Source: Nitrospirota bacterium (GTDB lineage: Bacteria > Nitrospirota > UBA9217). From it: 64,000 bases of DNA. Below, in pieces: positions 45,704 to 55,867 of the stretch (positions are counted from its first letter, which is position 1; the number at the start of each line of letters is the position of its first letter). The position numbers were made by a program, and so were the translations under genes. The DNA lies in assembly GCA_963737155.1 (NCBI GenBank), contig CAVTRN010000002.1, positions 1,920,001 through 1,984,000 of the forward strand. Direction: 5' to 3'. The notes under the pieces were generated by a model that worked only from the letters and a program-made list of their open reading frames with translations, searched no databases and had not been told where the DNA came from.

Positions 45704-45904
45704 TATAATATTTATACAATTACTTTATAATAACTATATATATATTTGATTTTATTAATTTAAATTAAATTTTTTTATAACCAGCGCACTACCAATTTTT
45801 ATCGGCTAATTTATGTTTCCAACCGATATTCTTCTGGATGAAAATGACGAGAAATAATTAAGTCCGGATGGGTACCCACCAAAAAACTTATGCTTCCATA
45901 AAAA

Positions 45905-45959
45905 ATGAACCCTCCCGCCACTAAACCGTAAGAACGGTTATAGTGGCGGGAGAGTTCAT
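45905..45959 (-). terminator. Long GC-rich hairpin with T tract on the minus strand
   Basis: CTCCCGCCACTA-AACCGT-AAGA-ACGGTT-A-TAGTGGCGGGAG preceded by an A run on +. Confidence 0.55.
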
Positions 45960-46321
45960 CGTAAGCTGTCCGAAGCCCCTAGGAAGTTCGGCGAATAATT
46001 AAAAGGCAAATACAAAGGTTTTTGGAAACAGAAAAGACGTGTACCGATAACTTTAAATGACCGAGGGCATAAGCATGCATAGCTGCCGACATCGATCCCA
46101 CGGGACCCTGTTATGATCGCTTCAGAGCCTCGATTCGGAATGGATGATAATGTTCCCGTATTGTCTGGCAGGGATGAATCGGAAATGCTGATCGGTATAT
46201 ACTGATAAATAAAGAGTATGCCCTTGACCTCACCTATTTCATCAAGAACACTCCGGGATCCGGAGTTATTACCCATTTCCGGATGAATTTGAAGGAATAA
46301 TCTGATCAGTGACTGAAAATA

Positions 46322-47221
46322 TCAGAATTTCAAGCTTGTCATTGCTATAATTCGATTGGAATTGTTGTATCCTTCGTTTTGCTTGTCCAAAAATTGTGTT
46401 CCGACAGTCAAATTAAGCCTTTCGCTAACCATCCTGAAACCATAAGTAACTCCGTAATAATCGCCTCCGGTGAGCGTTGTTACATTCATTCCGTGAACCA
46501 TTGAATATTCGAGAAACATCTGAAGGTTATTTTCTTTACTTATAGGAAACAGGATTCCGGCATTGAAGAGTTCATATACGTCGCGTAGCCGTTTTTCAGA
46601 TAGATCATCGCCGGCCAGTTGACCATCGGCGTAAATCCCGAGAATCTGATTCTTCACGTAGAATTCTGTCCCGATCGATATCCCGGCACGCACGCCCCAG
46701 TAAGTCGCACTGTTGATACGCACATTGGAATATTGCTCAATAGGAACAATACCGGTAGAGAAAAACGACACAGCGGGCAGCAGTGAATCTTCCTGCTGAA
46801 CTAATAATGTCCTTTTGTAAGAAAGCTCTACGTTCCCCGCCTGTCTCGCCGTCTGTGCTGTTAGGGTTGGGCCTTCCTTAATGCTTGAAAAAGATCCTCG
46901 CAAGGCCAGTTCCGACTTCGGCGAAAGACCAGTTGTTATGACGATAGGATATTCCGTGATCGTATAGTCTGGAATGGTACTGTTTTCAGACAGTACGGCA
47001 ACGCCTATTTCAACAGAGCCCGTCTGGAGCGTATAAGGCTGCGTGGTAAAAAGGAGGCCTGTCAAGCCGTTCGTGTTGACTGGATGATTGATCATGTCAG
47101 TCTCATCACCAAATGCGATTTGAGAAAGGAAAAGGAAGAGAACGATGAATAGGGCAAGGATACAATGATGTACGACCGAGTTGATTTTATGGTGAGGCTT
47201 CGAAAATGCGGTTTGTTTCAT
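46322..47221 (-). CDS. Hypothetical exported protein, possibly an outer-membrane beta-barrel
   Basis: Signal-like N-terminus, GLTGLLFT, amphipathic strands, C-terminal F. Confidence 0.6.
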   Translation of the reverse strand: MKQTAFSKPHHKINSVVHHCILALFIVLFLFLSQIAFGDETDMINHPVNTNGLTGLLFTTQPYTLQTGSVEIGVAVLSENSTIPDYTITEYPIVITTGLSPKSELALRGSFSSIKEGPTLTAQTARQAGNVELSYKRTLLVQQEDSLLPAVSFFSTGIVPIEQYSNVRINSATYWGVRAGISIGTEFYVKNQILGIYADGQLAGDDLSEKRLRDVYELFNAGILFPISKENNLQMFLEYSMVHGMNVTTLTGGDYYGVTYGFRMVSERLNLTVGTQFLDKQNEGYNNSNRIIAMTSLKF

Positions 47222-47246
47222 TCCGGCCTTCTCGTTTTCGGTTATT

Positions 47247-47672
47247 TTACCGGGAAAGATAATTTTCTATTTCGAAAATATAATTCGAGTACAATTCTTC
47301 AGCCTGTTTCGCCGCGTTGAGGATCAAATCATGATCTAAAGCGTCGTATTCGTGAACCAGGCGGTTTCTTAATCCCGCCGACGGGGCGAGTTTCTCGGCT
47401 AGGCCGGCCGGAATCACGGCAAGCTCGCCAGCCTTTATAAAGCTCTGGAAATAATCGTCTGGTGCATCATTTCCGGTTTGTACTATGATATGGGTATTGA
47501 TGTCTATGGCCGCTTCTATCATTTCCTGCAAAAGCCTTTCAGATGCTTTTCTTTTATAGACATCTCTATCGTATTCTTCCCTGCTGATACCCCGGTACAG
47601 TTCAAGAGCTTTGAGGTTTTCAATAATAACCCCCATTTTTTTTCTGATAACGCTTTTTTCCAAAGGGCTCAT
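47247..47672 (-). CDS. hepT: HEPN (DUF86/HepT-like) RNase toxin
   Basis: RNRLVHEY (Rx4H) motif; overlaps the MNT gene. Confidence 0.88.
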   Translation of the reverse strand: MSPLEKSVIRKKMGVIIENLKALELYRGISREEYDRDVYKRKASERLLQEMIEAAIDINTHIIVQTGNDAPDDYFQSFIKAGELAVIPAGLAEKLAPSAGLRNRLVHEYDALDHDLILNAAKQAEELYSNYIFEIENYLSR

Positions 47673-48091
47673 CGCATTCCCCTTGCGTCAAGAAAAAGCT
47701 TGATTGAGTGGGCACGTGCGTCGCGCAATTTCTTTGTATCGACATACATCCTGAATGCGAGTGAATAAAACTCATGAAATATTCCGGGGGTCTTCTCATA
47801 AAGGACTAGTCCGTGCTTTACGGCGGAATATTTCAAGATAGGACTTGCCGTTCTAAGGTCAACCACATCAACATGATCGGTCCGTAACAACACTGTAACT
47901 CTGTTGGTAAGGACCAAAACATCCGCTAGGCCACTAAATAGAAAGGCAAGGTCGATGTCGCTTCGCCTGTGTACATTTCCCGTCGCAACCGAGCCGAAGA
48001 GAAGAACAAGATAGAGTTCACGGTCGAGAAAAAGAGGCGCAAGCTTCAATTTTAAGGCATCAGGCGGCGGGAAAGATACAATTTGTTTCAT
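47669..48091 (-). CDS. mntA: Minimal nucleotidyltransferase antitoxin (MntA-like)
   Basis: FGSVATGNVHRRSDIDLA (GSx10DxD), VDVVDL. Confidence 0.88.
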   Translation of the reverse strand: MKQIVSFPPPDALKLKLAPLFLDRELYLVLLFGSVATGNVHRRSDIDLAFLFSGLADVLVLTNRVTVLLRTDHVDVVDLRTASPILKYSAVKHGLVLYEKTPGIFHEFYSLAFRMYVDTKKLRDARAHSIKLFLDARGMR

Positions 48092-48242
48092 GCAGATATA
48101 TTAGTATAAGCTAGTAGGAAATGCAAGGAGGGAAATAAGAGGCAGGTGAAAAATAAACGAATTCCTAATAATAAGTTTTAGGTTGTGAGTATAGACAGTT
48201 CCCAAACAGCATAATAAGATATTAAATATTAGAAAACCGAAG

Positions 48243-48989
48243 TCAAGTAGTGCGCTTTTTATGCTTCGCAAGGAATTCAAGAAAAAATGCGAAAAAAATG
48301 CTGATAAATAGGCTTGTAATGCCAGCGAACATCATATTCAGGCTTGTCTTGGGGCGGTATTTCCGCTCCGCAGGCACTGCGCGATCTACTACTTGGACGG
48401 TGATGTTTATGGATTTATCTTTAAGAAATTCTGTGAGGGCATATACATAATAGTTAGCTATTTCCGCAGCGAGCTTAGGGTCTTTCCATTCAACAGAGAT
48501 TGTGATAGCCCCCTCCTTACTTTTAGTAAATTTTACAACGTCTTTTACAAGGTAATTTACGGCATCTTCAAGATAAGGATGTTTATTCGGATTTATCCAG
48601 GCACCTTTTTCTGAGTCCCACTGTTTGTCATAAAAAACCTTCATCAGGTCGAATTTGCGAATTATATCTTCAGATATGGTCCTACTATTCAATAGCATCA
48701 CAAGTTTATCCGCTGGGCTCTGAATGCCAGCACCGACACCAAGAGCTCCGGCAAAAGGCAGTGCGGAGAGGGCTGAGGCCAACCCCCCCGCCTCTGAACC
48801 AGTAGATATGAACATAGTCTCGGACTTGTAGAATTTAGGCGATCGAATACTAATTACCATTGTCGTAGCGACAGCGACACAACATATAAGAATAATCATG
48901 ACCTTCCTGTGCCAGAGAACGCTCCAGTAATCGAGGAGATTTATTTCGTATTCTTTTTTTTGTATTGTTTCATGTGGTTCTTGAGACAT
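48243..48989 (-). CDS. Polysaccharide chain-length determinant (Wzz/GumC-like)
   Basis: EINLLDYW, two TM segments, WKDPKLAAEIAN, VVDRAVPAE..RP. Confidence 0.85.
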   Translation of the reverse strand: MSQEPHETIQKKEYEINLLDYWSVLWHRKVMIILICCVAVATTMVISIRSPKFYKSETMFISTGSEAGGLASALSALPFAGALGVGAGIQSPADKLVMLLNSRTISEDIIRKFDLMKVFYDKQWDSEKGAWINPNKHPYLEDAVNYLVKDVVKFTKSKEGAITISVEWKDPKLAAEIANYYVYALTEFLKDKSINITVQVVDRAVPAERKYRPKTSLNMMFAGITSLFISIFFAFFLEFLAKHKKRTT

Positions 48990-49128
48990 GTGGGTTGAAA
49001 TCCTTTGGTATTTCTTAGTTTGTTCCTCTGAGTTTAACGTTAGTGTTATCTTTAATCATCCCCTTCTGATTATTGAAAGTATTTTCTTCATCCCCTGTTT
49101 CGCAGCTAAACATTAAAAAATCCAATAC

Positions 49129-51471
49129 CTAAAACAGAATTCTCGTCGTTGCTGCTATAACCGCGGTCTTGAACAGGATGTCTAGGGTGTCCTTCAGAAA
49201 ACGCATGAAAGCGTGCCGCTCCACTTGCTGTGGGACGAAAACGGCATCGCCGGCCGCGAGCTCAAGATTCCCGAGATTTTTTCCCACTGAAGGCGAGTCT
49301 TTGCTTACTGCGAAACCATTTGCTTTGAGCACGTATATTTCATCTTTGTCTGCGTACTTGGTGATGTTTCCAGAATTAGCGATATAATTATTTACCGTAA
49401 GGCCATCAACATATATCTGAGCGCTCGGATTATGGACTTCGCCAATGACCAGAATATCCTGCGGACGCTTAGGAATTGTAATGCTGTCTCCGTTCTGAAG
49501 CAAAAGATCGTCTTTTGATTTAGCCCATACATCTATGTTTAGGGTGATATTAATGGCAATTCTGCCTTCCGAGGTTTCTTGGAGGGCCTTCAGACTATCG
49601 ATAAGACTTTTATTGGCCATTGCTTCTGTTTTTGCGGCCTCTGCTTCTTCCGCACTCACAGCGGTTGCCACACGTTCAGAACCCACCTGTGCAACCTGGG
49701 TCTCAAGTTTGTTGATAAAGATCTGGAAATTCTTAGCTTGGGTATTTTTTACGGATTTGCGTGCGAATATTGTCCCATAAGGATACGCTTCCGTCGTGAA
49801 GCCTCCGGCTCGTTTCAAGACATCGCTGAGATGTTCTCCATTATAGACTTCATATTCACCAGGCTTGAGGACCTCGCCCGACAGAAAAACTTTTTCCACT
49901 TCACGATAAGTCGTATAGACCCTGATATCGTCTTTTGGCTGGAGCAGAATGTTCTGTTTTGCATCGCCTTTTAGAAGTGCCTCCAAATCTATAGGGATGA
50001 CTTCACGGTCTGTAAAATCTTTAGTAAGGCGGATAATTTCAGCCCTCTGTAGATCGGATGTGGGTAGGAGCTGCCCCTGGTCGATTATTTCTTTGAGCCT
50101 AAGATCAGGTCGCCATTGATAATTTCCGGGATTCCGCACATCTCCTTTTAGGTTTACTGTGTCCCATACTTTGTCGTATATTGGGAATACCGATATAGTG
50201 TCCATGTTATAAATTTTTTCGCTCAGCTCCGGCACTTTTTCTTGCCCAGTAACGGCTGCTGCGGAGAGCTTTACGTCCAGTGCAAGCTTCCTATCATAGC
50301 CGCTAAATCGTGAAATTTGGACCCTGTTCGCAAGGCCGAAAGGCATGATCCCACCCGCGAGTTGAAGGAGATCTCCCAGCGTTTCGCCCTTACTTGTATA
50401 TTCATAAATCGCCGGACGATAAACCGACCCGGAAACGCCAGCAACAGGTCCGATAAGTGGCACAAATATTGTGTCTTCATTCTCAAGTCTGGCATCCTGA
50501 CTGCGGTCACCATTAAGCAAAAAATCGTACAGATCCATATTTTTTATGACCTTGCCATTCCGCAAGATCTGAATCTTACGCATAGTGCCCTTTTTGGTAG
50601 GACCACCAGCCGCGAACAATGCGCCGTAAGCAGTAGTCAGAGAATTCAAAGCATAGCTTCCCGGCTTTACAACCTCACCTACGACATATACAGTGATAGT
50701 CTTAAGTGAACCCATGGCTACGCTTAGGTTGAAATTGCTGTAATACCTCGATAGGTGACGGCTTAGTGTGTTTTCCAATTCCCCGAAGCGTACGCCTGCT
50801 ACTCGCACAACACCCACTTTGGGCAGTGTAATGTTCCCTTCCCGGCTTACTTTAAAATTATATATACCTTCAGCCGTTCCCCATATAGTAACCGTGAACT
50901 GGTCACCTGGACCAATGATATAATCGGAGCCCACTGAAACAGCGGTCAATGGAGTGAAGGAAGAGATTGATTTTAGGAAGAGGTTATAGCCGAATTGTTT
51001 CAGAGGGTTTAAAAGGATATAAGTTGGAAATTCGCCAGACATTGTTCGTTCAAATATGGACTGTTCAGTGACTGTCGGCTCGGTCTGCAGTTGCTGTTTT
51101 TTGAGCGCCTCAGCTTTTTTCTTATTGAAGTCTTCCCAGATTTTTTTAGCAGTTTCAAAGTCACCTCGTTGGATTGCTTCCGACATCTCTTGAGCTAACT
51201 GGGGGTCCAGCATTCGTATCTGCTGAATAGCATCTCCGGCCATTTCCTGCTGCGTTCCGGAGATGCCCTGTTGTGTACCGGAGATGCCCTGTTGCGTTCC
51301 GGAGATGCCTTGTTGCGTTCCCGAGATACCCTGTTGCGTTCCGGAGATGCCTTGTTGCGTTCCCGAGATGCCCTGTTCTTCGGGGACCTCCTGACCGTAT
51401 GCAGGATACGATCCGACAACCGGGATGATGAATAGAGTAAAGCAAATAAAATAAATCAAATGTCGCTTCAA
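49129..51471 (-). CDS. Polysaccharide export protein with SLBB repeats (Wza/KpsD-like)
   Basis: DYIIGPGD, VYVVGEV, AAGGPT, GEVHNP SLBB motifs; signal peptide. Confidence 0.9.
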   Translation of the reverse strand: MKRHLIYFICFTLFIIPVVGSYPAYGQEVPEEQGISGTQQGISGTQQGISGTQQGISGTQQGISGTQQGISGTQQEMAGDAIQQIRMLDPQLAQEMSEAIQRGDFETAKKIWEDFNKKKAEALKKQQLQTEPTVTEQSIFERTMSGEFPTYILLNPLKQFGYNLFLKSISSFTPLTAVSVGSDYIIGPGDQFTVTIWGTAEGIYNFKVSREGNITLPKVGVVRVAGVRFGELENTLSRHLSRYYSNFNLSVAMGSLKTITVYVVGEVVKPGSYALNSLTTAYGALFAAGGPTKKGTMRKIQILRNGKVIKNMDLYDFLLNGDRSQDARLENEDTIFVPLIGPVAGVSGSVYRPAIYEYTSKGETLGDLLQLAGGIMPFGLANRVQISRFSGYDRKLALDVKLSAAAVTGQEKVPELSEKIYNMDTISVFPIYDKVWDTVNLKGDVRNPGNYQWRPDLRLKEIIDQGQLLPTSDLQRAEIIRLTKDFTDREVIPIDLEALLKGDAKQNILLQPKDDIRVYTTYREVEKVFLSGEVLKPGEYEVYNGEHLSDVLKRAGGFTTEAYPYGTIFARKSVKNTQAKNFQIFINKLETQVAQVGSERVATAVSAEEAEAAKTEAMANKSLIDSLKALQETSEGRIAINITLNIDVWAKSKDDLLLQNGDSITIPKRPQDILVIGEVHNPSAQIYVDGLTVNNYIANSGNITKYADKDEIYVLKANGFAVSKDSPSVGKNLGNLELAAGDAVFVPQQVERHAFMRFLKDTLDILFKTAVIAATTRILF
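51251..51376 (-). repeat. In-frame 21-bp tandem repeat x6 encoding QGISGTQ
   Basis: TGCGTTCCGGAGATGCCCTGT-like unit x6. Confidence 0.95.
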
Positions 51472-51798
51472 CGTATTATCAACCTCGCTTTTTGATTGAT
51501 TTTATTATAGAAAACAGGTGTGAGTATAACAAATAACCGATCGATTTGCAACGCAAATTCAGGTTGGGACAGACGTTGTCCTCACGTGGAGGCGCATAGA
51601 CAGCAGAATAAATCATTTACGATAACTAGGTATCCTTGCATTTTTTTGGAAAAGTCACGGGATTCCGGATCAAGAGAGTCTGGAACGGAGGATGAGGAAT
51701 TACTAATGTTATTCTTGTTCGTGGTGTTATAGCTAAAAAGTTACATTATTTCGTTTCTTTGGATTGCATTCCGGTTTGACTAGAATTTCTATCGTAAA

Positions 51799-53748
51799 TC
51801 ACGGATGCTGATAAGGGTTCTGCTCGCTCGGAATATCTTGAATAACCCCGTAGTTTGGATCTTGTATATCCCGTACGTCGGCTAGTCGACCGCCTTTTTC
51901 GGGTTCAAAATCAGGAACGATTTCTTTCACTTTCTCAACTATTTTGAACGTGAAACCATCTTCTTCCAAAATATGTGACAACTGATCCAGTTTTGCCATC
52001 AAAGTCGTTTCATCAACCTCTTCCCTTCCCGCTACATATATTTTTTCATGTAAGGTTGACTTTATTTCCTCACTATCGGTTAAAAGCTCTTCGTAAAGCT
52101 TTTCTCCCGGTCTAAGGCCACTGAAGATGATCTTAATATCGCGATCCGGCTCAAGTCCGCACAGTGTTATCATATCCCTAGCTAGATCGACTATCCTAAC
52201 CGGTTCACCCATCTCAAGAATAAATATCTCGCCACCCTTTCCCATAGCTCCTGCCTGCATAATGAGCTGGACCGATTCGGGAATTGTCATGAAATAACGA
52301 TATATTTCGGGATGTGTAACTGTTATCGGTCCACCTTTCTCTATTTGGCGTTTAAACAGCGGGATTACGCTGCCAACACTGTTCAGAACATTTCCGAACC
52401 TGACCGTGACGAATTGGGTCTTGCTGTGATTTCCAATGCTCTCACAAATAATCTCGGCAATCCGTTTGCTTGCACCCATGATGTTTGTTGGACGGACTGC
52501 CTTGTCCGTGGAAACCATCACGAATTTATTGACACCATAAGCTCGTGCAGATTTAGCAACTACCAATGTGCCGAAAATGTTATTTCGGATTGCCTCACCA
52601 GGGTTCATCTCCATAAGTGGTACATGTTTGTAAGCCGCTGCATGAAAAATGACTTGCGGCATAAAACGACCGAGTGTTCTCTCCACACGATTCCGGTTCG
52701 TAACATCTCCAATGACCGGCTGAAGGTCGAGATCAGGAAACAGTTCCTGCAGATTCAAGTGGATCTGGTAAAGATTGTATTCTGAATGATCGAAAAGGAC
52801 GAGTCGTCTTGGAGAAAATTTTGCTACTTGTCTGCAAAGTTCAGAACCGATCGATCCACCTGCTCCTGTAATCATGACGGTTTTATTACGCAAATAAGAT
52901 TTTATCGCTGCGGTGTCGAGCTTTGCGGAATCTCTCCCGAGCAAGTCCTCGATCTGAAATTCTCTGAGCGCGCTAACCTTCACCTTGCCGTCGAGAATAT
53001 CACCTACTGTGGGCAACGTCTTAAATGTAATCTGTGCACGTTTACAAATTAATGCGATTCTGCGTTTGGCTTTGGCGGAAGCAGAAGGTATTGCAAGAAA
53101 TATTTCTTCAACCTTGTGTTCTTTTACAATAATCGGGATAATTCGAGTATTTCCAAATACACGATAGCCATGAATTGTCATGTTCCGTTTGTTTCTATCA
53201 TCGTCGACAAAACCAACTGGTGTATAACTCAAGCGGTAATTTCCGAGGATCTCTCGAAGAATCGCTTCACCGGCCCTTCCTGCTCCTACAATAAGTATCT
53301 TTTTGTTCGGATCTTCAATCGTTTTCCAAAGCTTAAATCCACCTTCACGATAAAGCCTGTAGCCAAAACGGCTTCCTCCCACGAGAACGATCATAATAAA
53401 CCAGTCGATGATGAAAACAGAACGAGGATATTCGTCAAAACGAAGGAAGAGCACCAGCATGCCTACAATGAACAACGAGCCAAACGTTGTCGCTTTGATA
53501 ATTACGACAAGATCTCGAACACTCACAAATCTCCACATTCCCCTGTATAACCCATGGGTCTGAAACATAAATAGTCTTACGATGACGACCAACGGCAAGG
53601 TGAATAGTATCTGTCTCATGTGTGAATCTAGCTGCACAGTGTTGAATCGAAGTACATAGGATATAAACAAGGATATTGATATCAAAACAGTATCGTTTAT
53701 AACCACAAGGATTTGTTTAAAGCGTCTTTCAATTAAAAATGATAACAT
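51799..53748 (-). CDS. Membrane-bound UDP-GlcNAc 4,6-dehydratase (PglF/WbpM/CapD family)
   Basis: Four TMs, GAGGSIGSE, HAAAYKHVP, STDKAV, MGASK, VRFGNVL, GLRPGEKLYEEL. Confidence 0.93.
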   Translation of the reverse strand: MLSFLIERRFKQILVVINDTVLISISLFISYVLRFNTVQLDSHMRQILFTLPLVVIVRLFMFQTHGLYRGMWRFVSVRDLVVIIKATTFGSLFIVGMLVLFLRFDEYPRSVFIIDWFIMIVLVGGSRFGYRLYREGGFKLWKTIEDPNKKILIVGAGRAGEAILREILGNYRLSYTPVGFVDDDRNKRNMTIHGYRVFGNTRIIPIIVKEHKVEEIFLAIPSASAKAKRRIALICKRAQITFKTLPTVGDILDGKVKVSALREFQIEDLLGRDSAKLDTAAIKSYLRNKTVMITGAGGSIGSELCRQVAKFSPRRLVLFDHSEYNLYQIHLNLQELFPDLDLQPVIGDVTNRNRVERTLGRFMPQVIFHAAAYKHVPLMEMNPGEAIRNNIFGTLVVAKSARAYGVNKFVMVSTDKAVRPTNIMGASKRIAEIICESIGNHSKTQFVTVRFGNVLNSVGSVIPLFKRQIEKGGPITVTHPEIYRYFMTIPESVQLIMQAGAMGKGGEIFILEMGEPVRIVDLARDMITLCGLEPDRDIKIIFSGLRPGEKLYEELLTDSEEIKSTLHEKIYVAGREEVDETTLMAKLDQLSHILEEDGFTFKIVEKVKEIVPDFEPEKGGRLADVRDIQDPNYGVIQDIPSEQNPYQHP

Positions 53749-53763
53749 AATGAGACCACCTTA

Positions 53764-54005
53764 TCAGCAGAATTTGTAAAGGGTTTTCGGTTCTTTCGTT
53801 TGATATAAAGCAATTTGTAGAGTATCCATGTTCCAAAAACCATACGCTTTACTCACGGCGAGATTCGCTTAAAGGTTGTACCCTCAAACGTACCCTTTAA
53901 GACCTCACCATTTAGCTGGAACCACTTCAGAGTAAGCTCCCCATGGTTCCGCATCATCTGCAACACTATTTTCACAGTCTCGATATTCGTGGACATCACC
54001 CGCTT
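53764..54005 (-). pseudogene. ISL3 transposase C-terminal remnant (frameshifted)
   Basis: RVMSTNIETVK..MMRNHGELTLKWF..GTFEG then SKAYGFWNMDTLQIALYQT..YKFC*. Confidence 0.65.
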
Positions 54006-54446
54006 AATTCAGTAATCAGGATATTTCTCCGCACTTCCTATACTATATACTATGCATAGTATAATACTTATAAACAACGGAATAAAATATATGATCAATG
54101 CCGATCTATTCGATTTTTTCCTTCCTGCACTGGGCTAGATCATATTCCGCTACACAAGCGACGACCCGATGCACACTGTCGCTACTGTCTTGATAATATC
54201 AGATACTTTCTTCCACGATAGCAATCGTTCCCAATGTGCCAGTTACATCTTCTCCTGAGTCGTCTGATGCCATTCCCTTCCTGACCGAAGTAAATGCTAT
54301 TCTATTGGCCGTTGAATCGTACAATCCGCATAATGCAACGCATAAAGAACAGACGTCTTTAACGACTAGATCGAAATTATACCCTCTGCCGATGTTTTCT
54401 ATTTAACATTTCTACTAAATAACAGCATCCAAAAATCATTACGTTG

Positions 54447-55007
54447 TTAATGTGCCACTCCCTCTCTCATCAGCACTTTAAATAAAGTCATAAAAAGAAT
54501 CTTGAGGTCAAGCAGGAATGAGCGATGTTTAAGATAATAGGCATCGAATTCTACTTTAATAGGAATCGGGAGTTCGTCTCTTCCGTTAATTTGTGCCCAA
54601 CCAGTGAGGCCGGGAACGAGCTCGTGGATGCCCTTCTGCCTTCTCAATGAAATCAGATCATCCTGATTAAACAATGCTGGCCGTGGCCCTACAAAACTCA
54701 TGTCCCCTTTCAAGATACTGAAAAGTTGTGGCAATTCATCCAAGCTCGATTTGCGCAGATATTTACCTATGGTAGTCACATACTTCGCAGGGTTCGATAT
54801 TAGATGCGTAGCCACTGCCGGGGTATTGATCATCATAGTCCGGAATTTGGGCATTCTGAAGATGGTATTATGCCTTCCTACCCGGTCGGACCAGTAGAGC
54901 GCTGGTCCACGCGAGGTAATTTTCACTAGAACAACAATAAATAACATGGGCAGACTAAATAAGGCGATAAACAATAGCGATATGCTAAGATCAAATAATC
55001 TTTTCAT
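54447..55007 (-). CDS. Initiating undecaprenyl-phosphate sugar phosphotransferase
   Basis: MKRLFD, KFRTM, SLDELPQL, GDMSFVGPRP, PGLTGWAQING. Confidence 0.93.
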   Translation of the reverse strand: MKRLFDLSISLLFIALFSLPMLFIVVLVKITSRGPALYWSDRVGRHNTIFRMPKFRTMMINTPAVATHLISNPAKYVTTIGKYLRKSSLDELPQLFSILKGDMSFVGPRPALFNQDDLISLRRQKGIHELVPGLTGWAQINGRDELPIPIKVEFDAYYLKHRSFLLDLKILFMTLFKVLMREGVAH

Positions 55008-55055
55008 AATGGCTTGTGGAGCGAACCCAGCCGACTACTCCAGAATATCAGCAAA

Positions 55056-55835
55056 TTAATATATTTTCCAGCCCCATTTGTTAAAATATCTAAACATACT
55101 TACAATCATTACAAAAGCCATTCTGTAATTTTTATGTGGTTCTCTGCCCCACTCATGAGTTACAGTTGCCCCCGGAAAATAAACAGTTCTATAGCCAATA
55201 CTCTGGACCATGCGTCCAAGGTCGCAATCTTCAAAATGAAGGAAATATCGTGGATCAAATCCCCCAACCCGCTTCAATACATTTGTCCGGCAAAACATGA
55301 AGCATCCCGTTGTAAACTCTATGTCACAAACCGAAAGATATCCGACATCCTTCATTTCATAACGATCTAATCGTTTTTGAAATAAAGGTAATAACGACTT
55401 TGGCAAAAAGCGTCTAATCAATAGATCAAATACTGTCGGATACCGCTTGTTCAGGTGCTGCGTAGTCCCATCAGGATTCAAAACCTTAGGACAAGCTATA
55501 CCTATATCAGGATTCTCATCCATAAAAGCTGTCAACAGCTGAATAGCCGAAGATGCAACTATGATATCGGGGTTCACAATAATGTGGTATTTACTATCTG
55601 AAGACTTACTAAGTGCTTTATTATGCCCTCGTCCATACCCTGCATTACGACCATAAAAATGGTACTTGATCGGTAAATCAAGAAGTGATGACTTAATCGA
55701 CTGCGTTTCGGAATTATCTACGATGTGAAGTTCTATATCGTGCGAGCACAATAATAAACTATTTATTGCACGTTTAATCATAGCAGATGGGCTATTATAA
55801 ACAACGATTGATGCGCTGCATTCTATGGTTTTCAT
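55056..55835 (-). CDS. GT2 glycosyltransferase (WbbL rhamnosyltransferase-like)
   Basis: VDNS, NAGYGRGHN, VNPD, GGFDPRYFLHFED. Confidence 0.88.
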   Translation of the reverse strand: MKTIECSASIVVYNSPSAMIKRAINSLLLCSHDIELHIVDNSETQSIKSSLLDLPIKYHFYGRNAGYGRGHNKALSKSSDSKYHIIVNPDIIVASSAIQLLTAFMDENPDIGIACPKVLNPDGTTQHLNKRYPTVFDLLIRRFLPKSLLPLFQKRLDRYEMKDVGYLSVCDIEFTTGCFMFCRTNVLKRVGGFDPRYFLHFEDCDLGRMVQSIGYRTVYFPGATVTHEWGREPHKNYRMAFVMIVSMFRYFNKWGWKIY

Positions 55836-55867
55836 GAAGTCATCCGGTTTTAGATAATCAATACATA

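Larger units (their letters stand above)
44465..45898. repeat. Dispersed 19-bp repeat array TGGAASCATAAGNYTGCCG around dif
   Basis: Forward: 44465 (partial), 44481, 44548, 44578, 45470, 45562, 45589, 45655; reverse: 45611, 45803, 45880 (partial). Confidence 0.9.

Noticed and set aside
44465-45898. CRISPR array interpretation of the 19-bp repeats
   Set aside because: Spacing is irregular, orientations are mixed, the repeats are short and degenerate, and there are no cas genes in the window
45956-46276. 106-aa ORF next to dif as the cognate repeat-binding protein
   Set aside because: No HTH or Rep motif visible and coding status is doubtful
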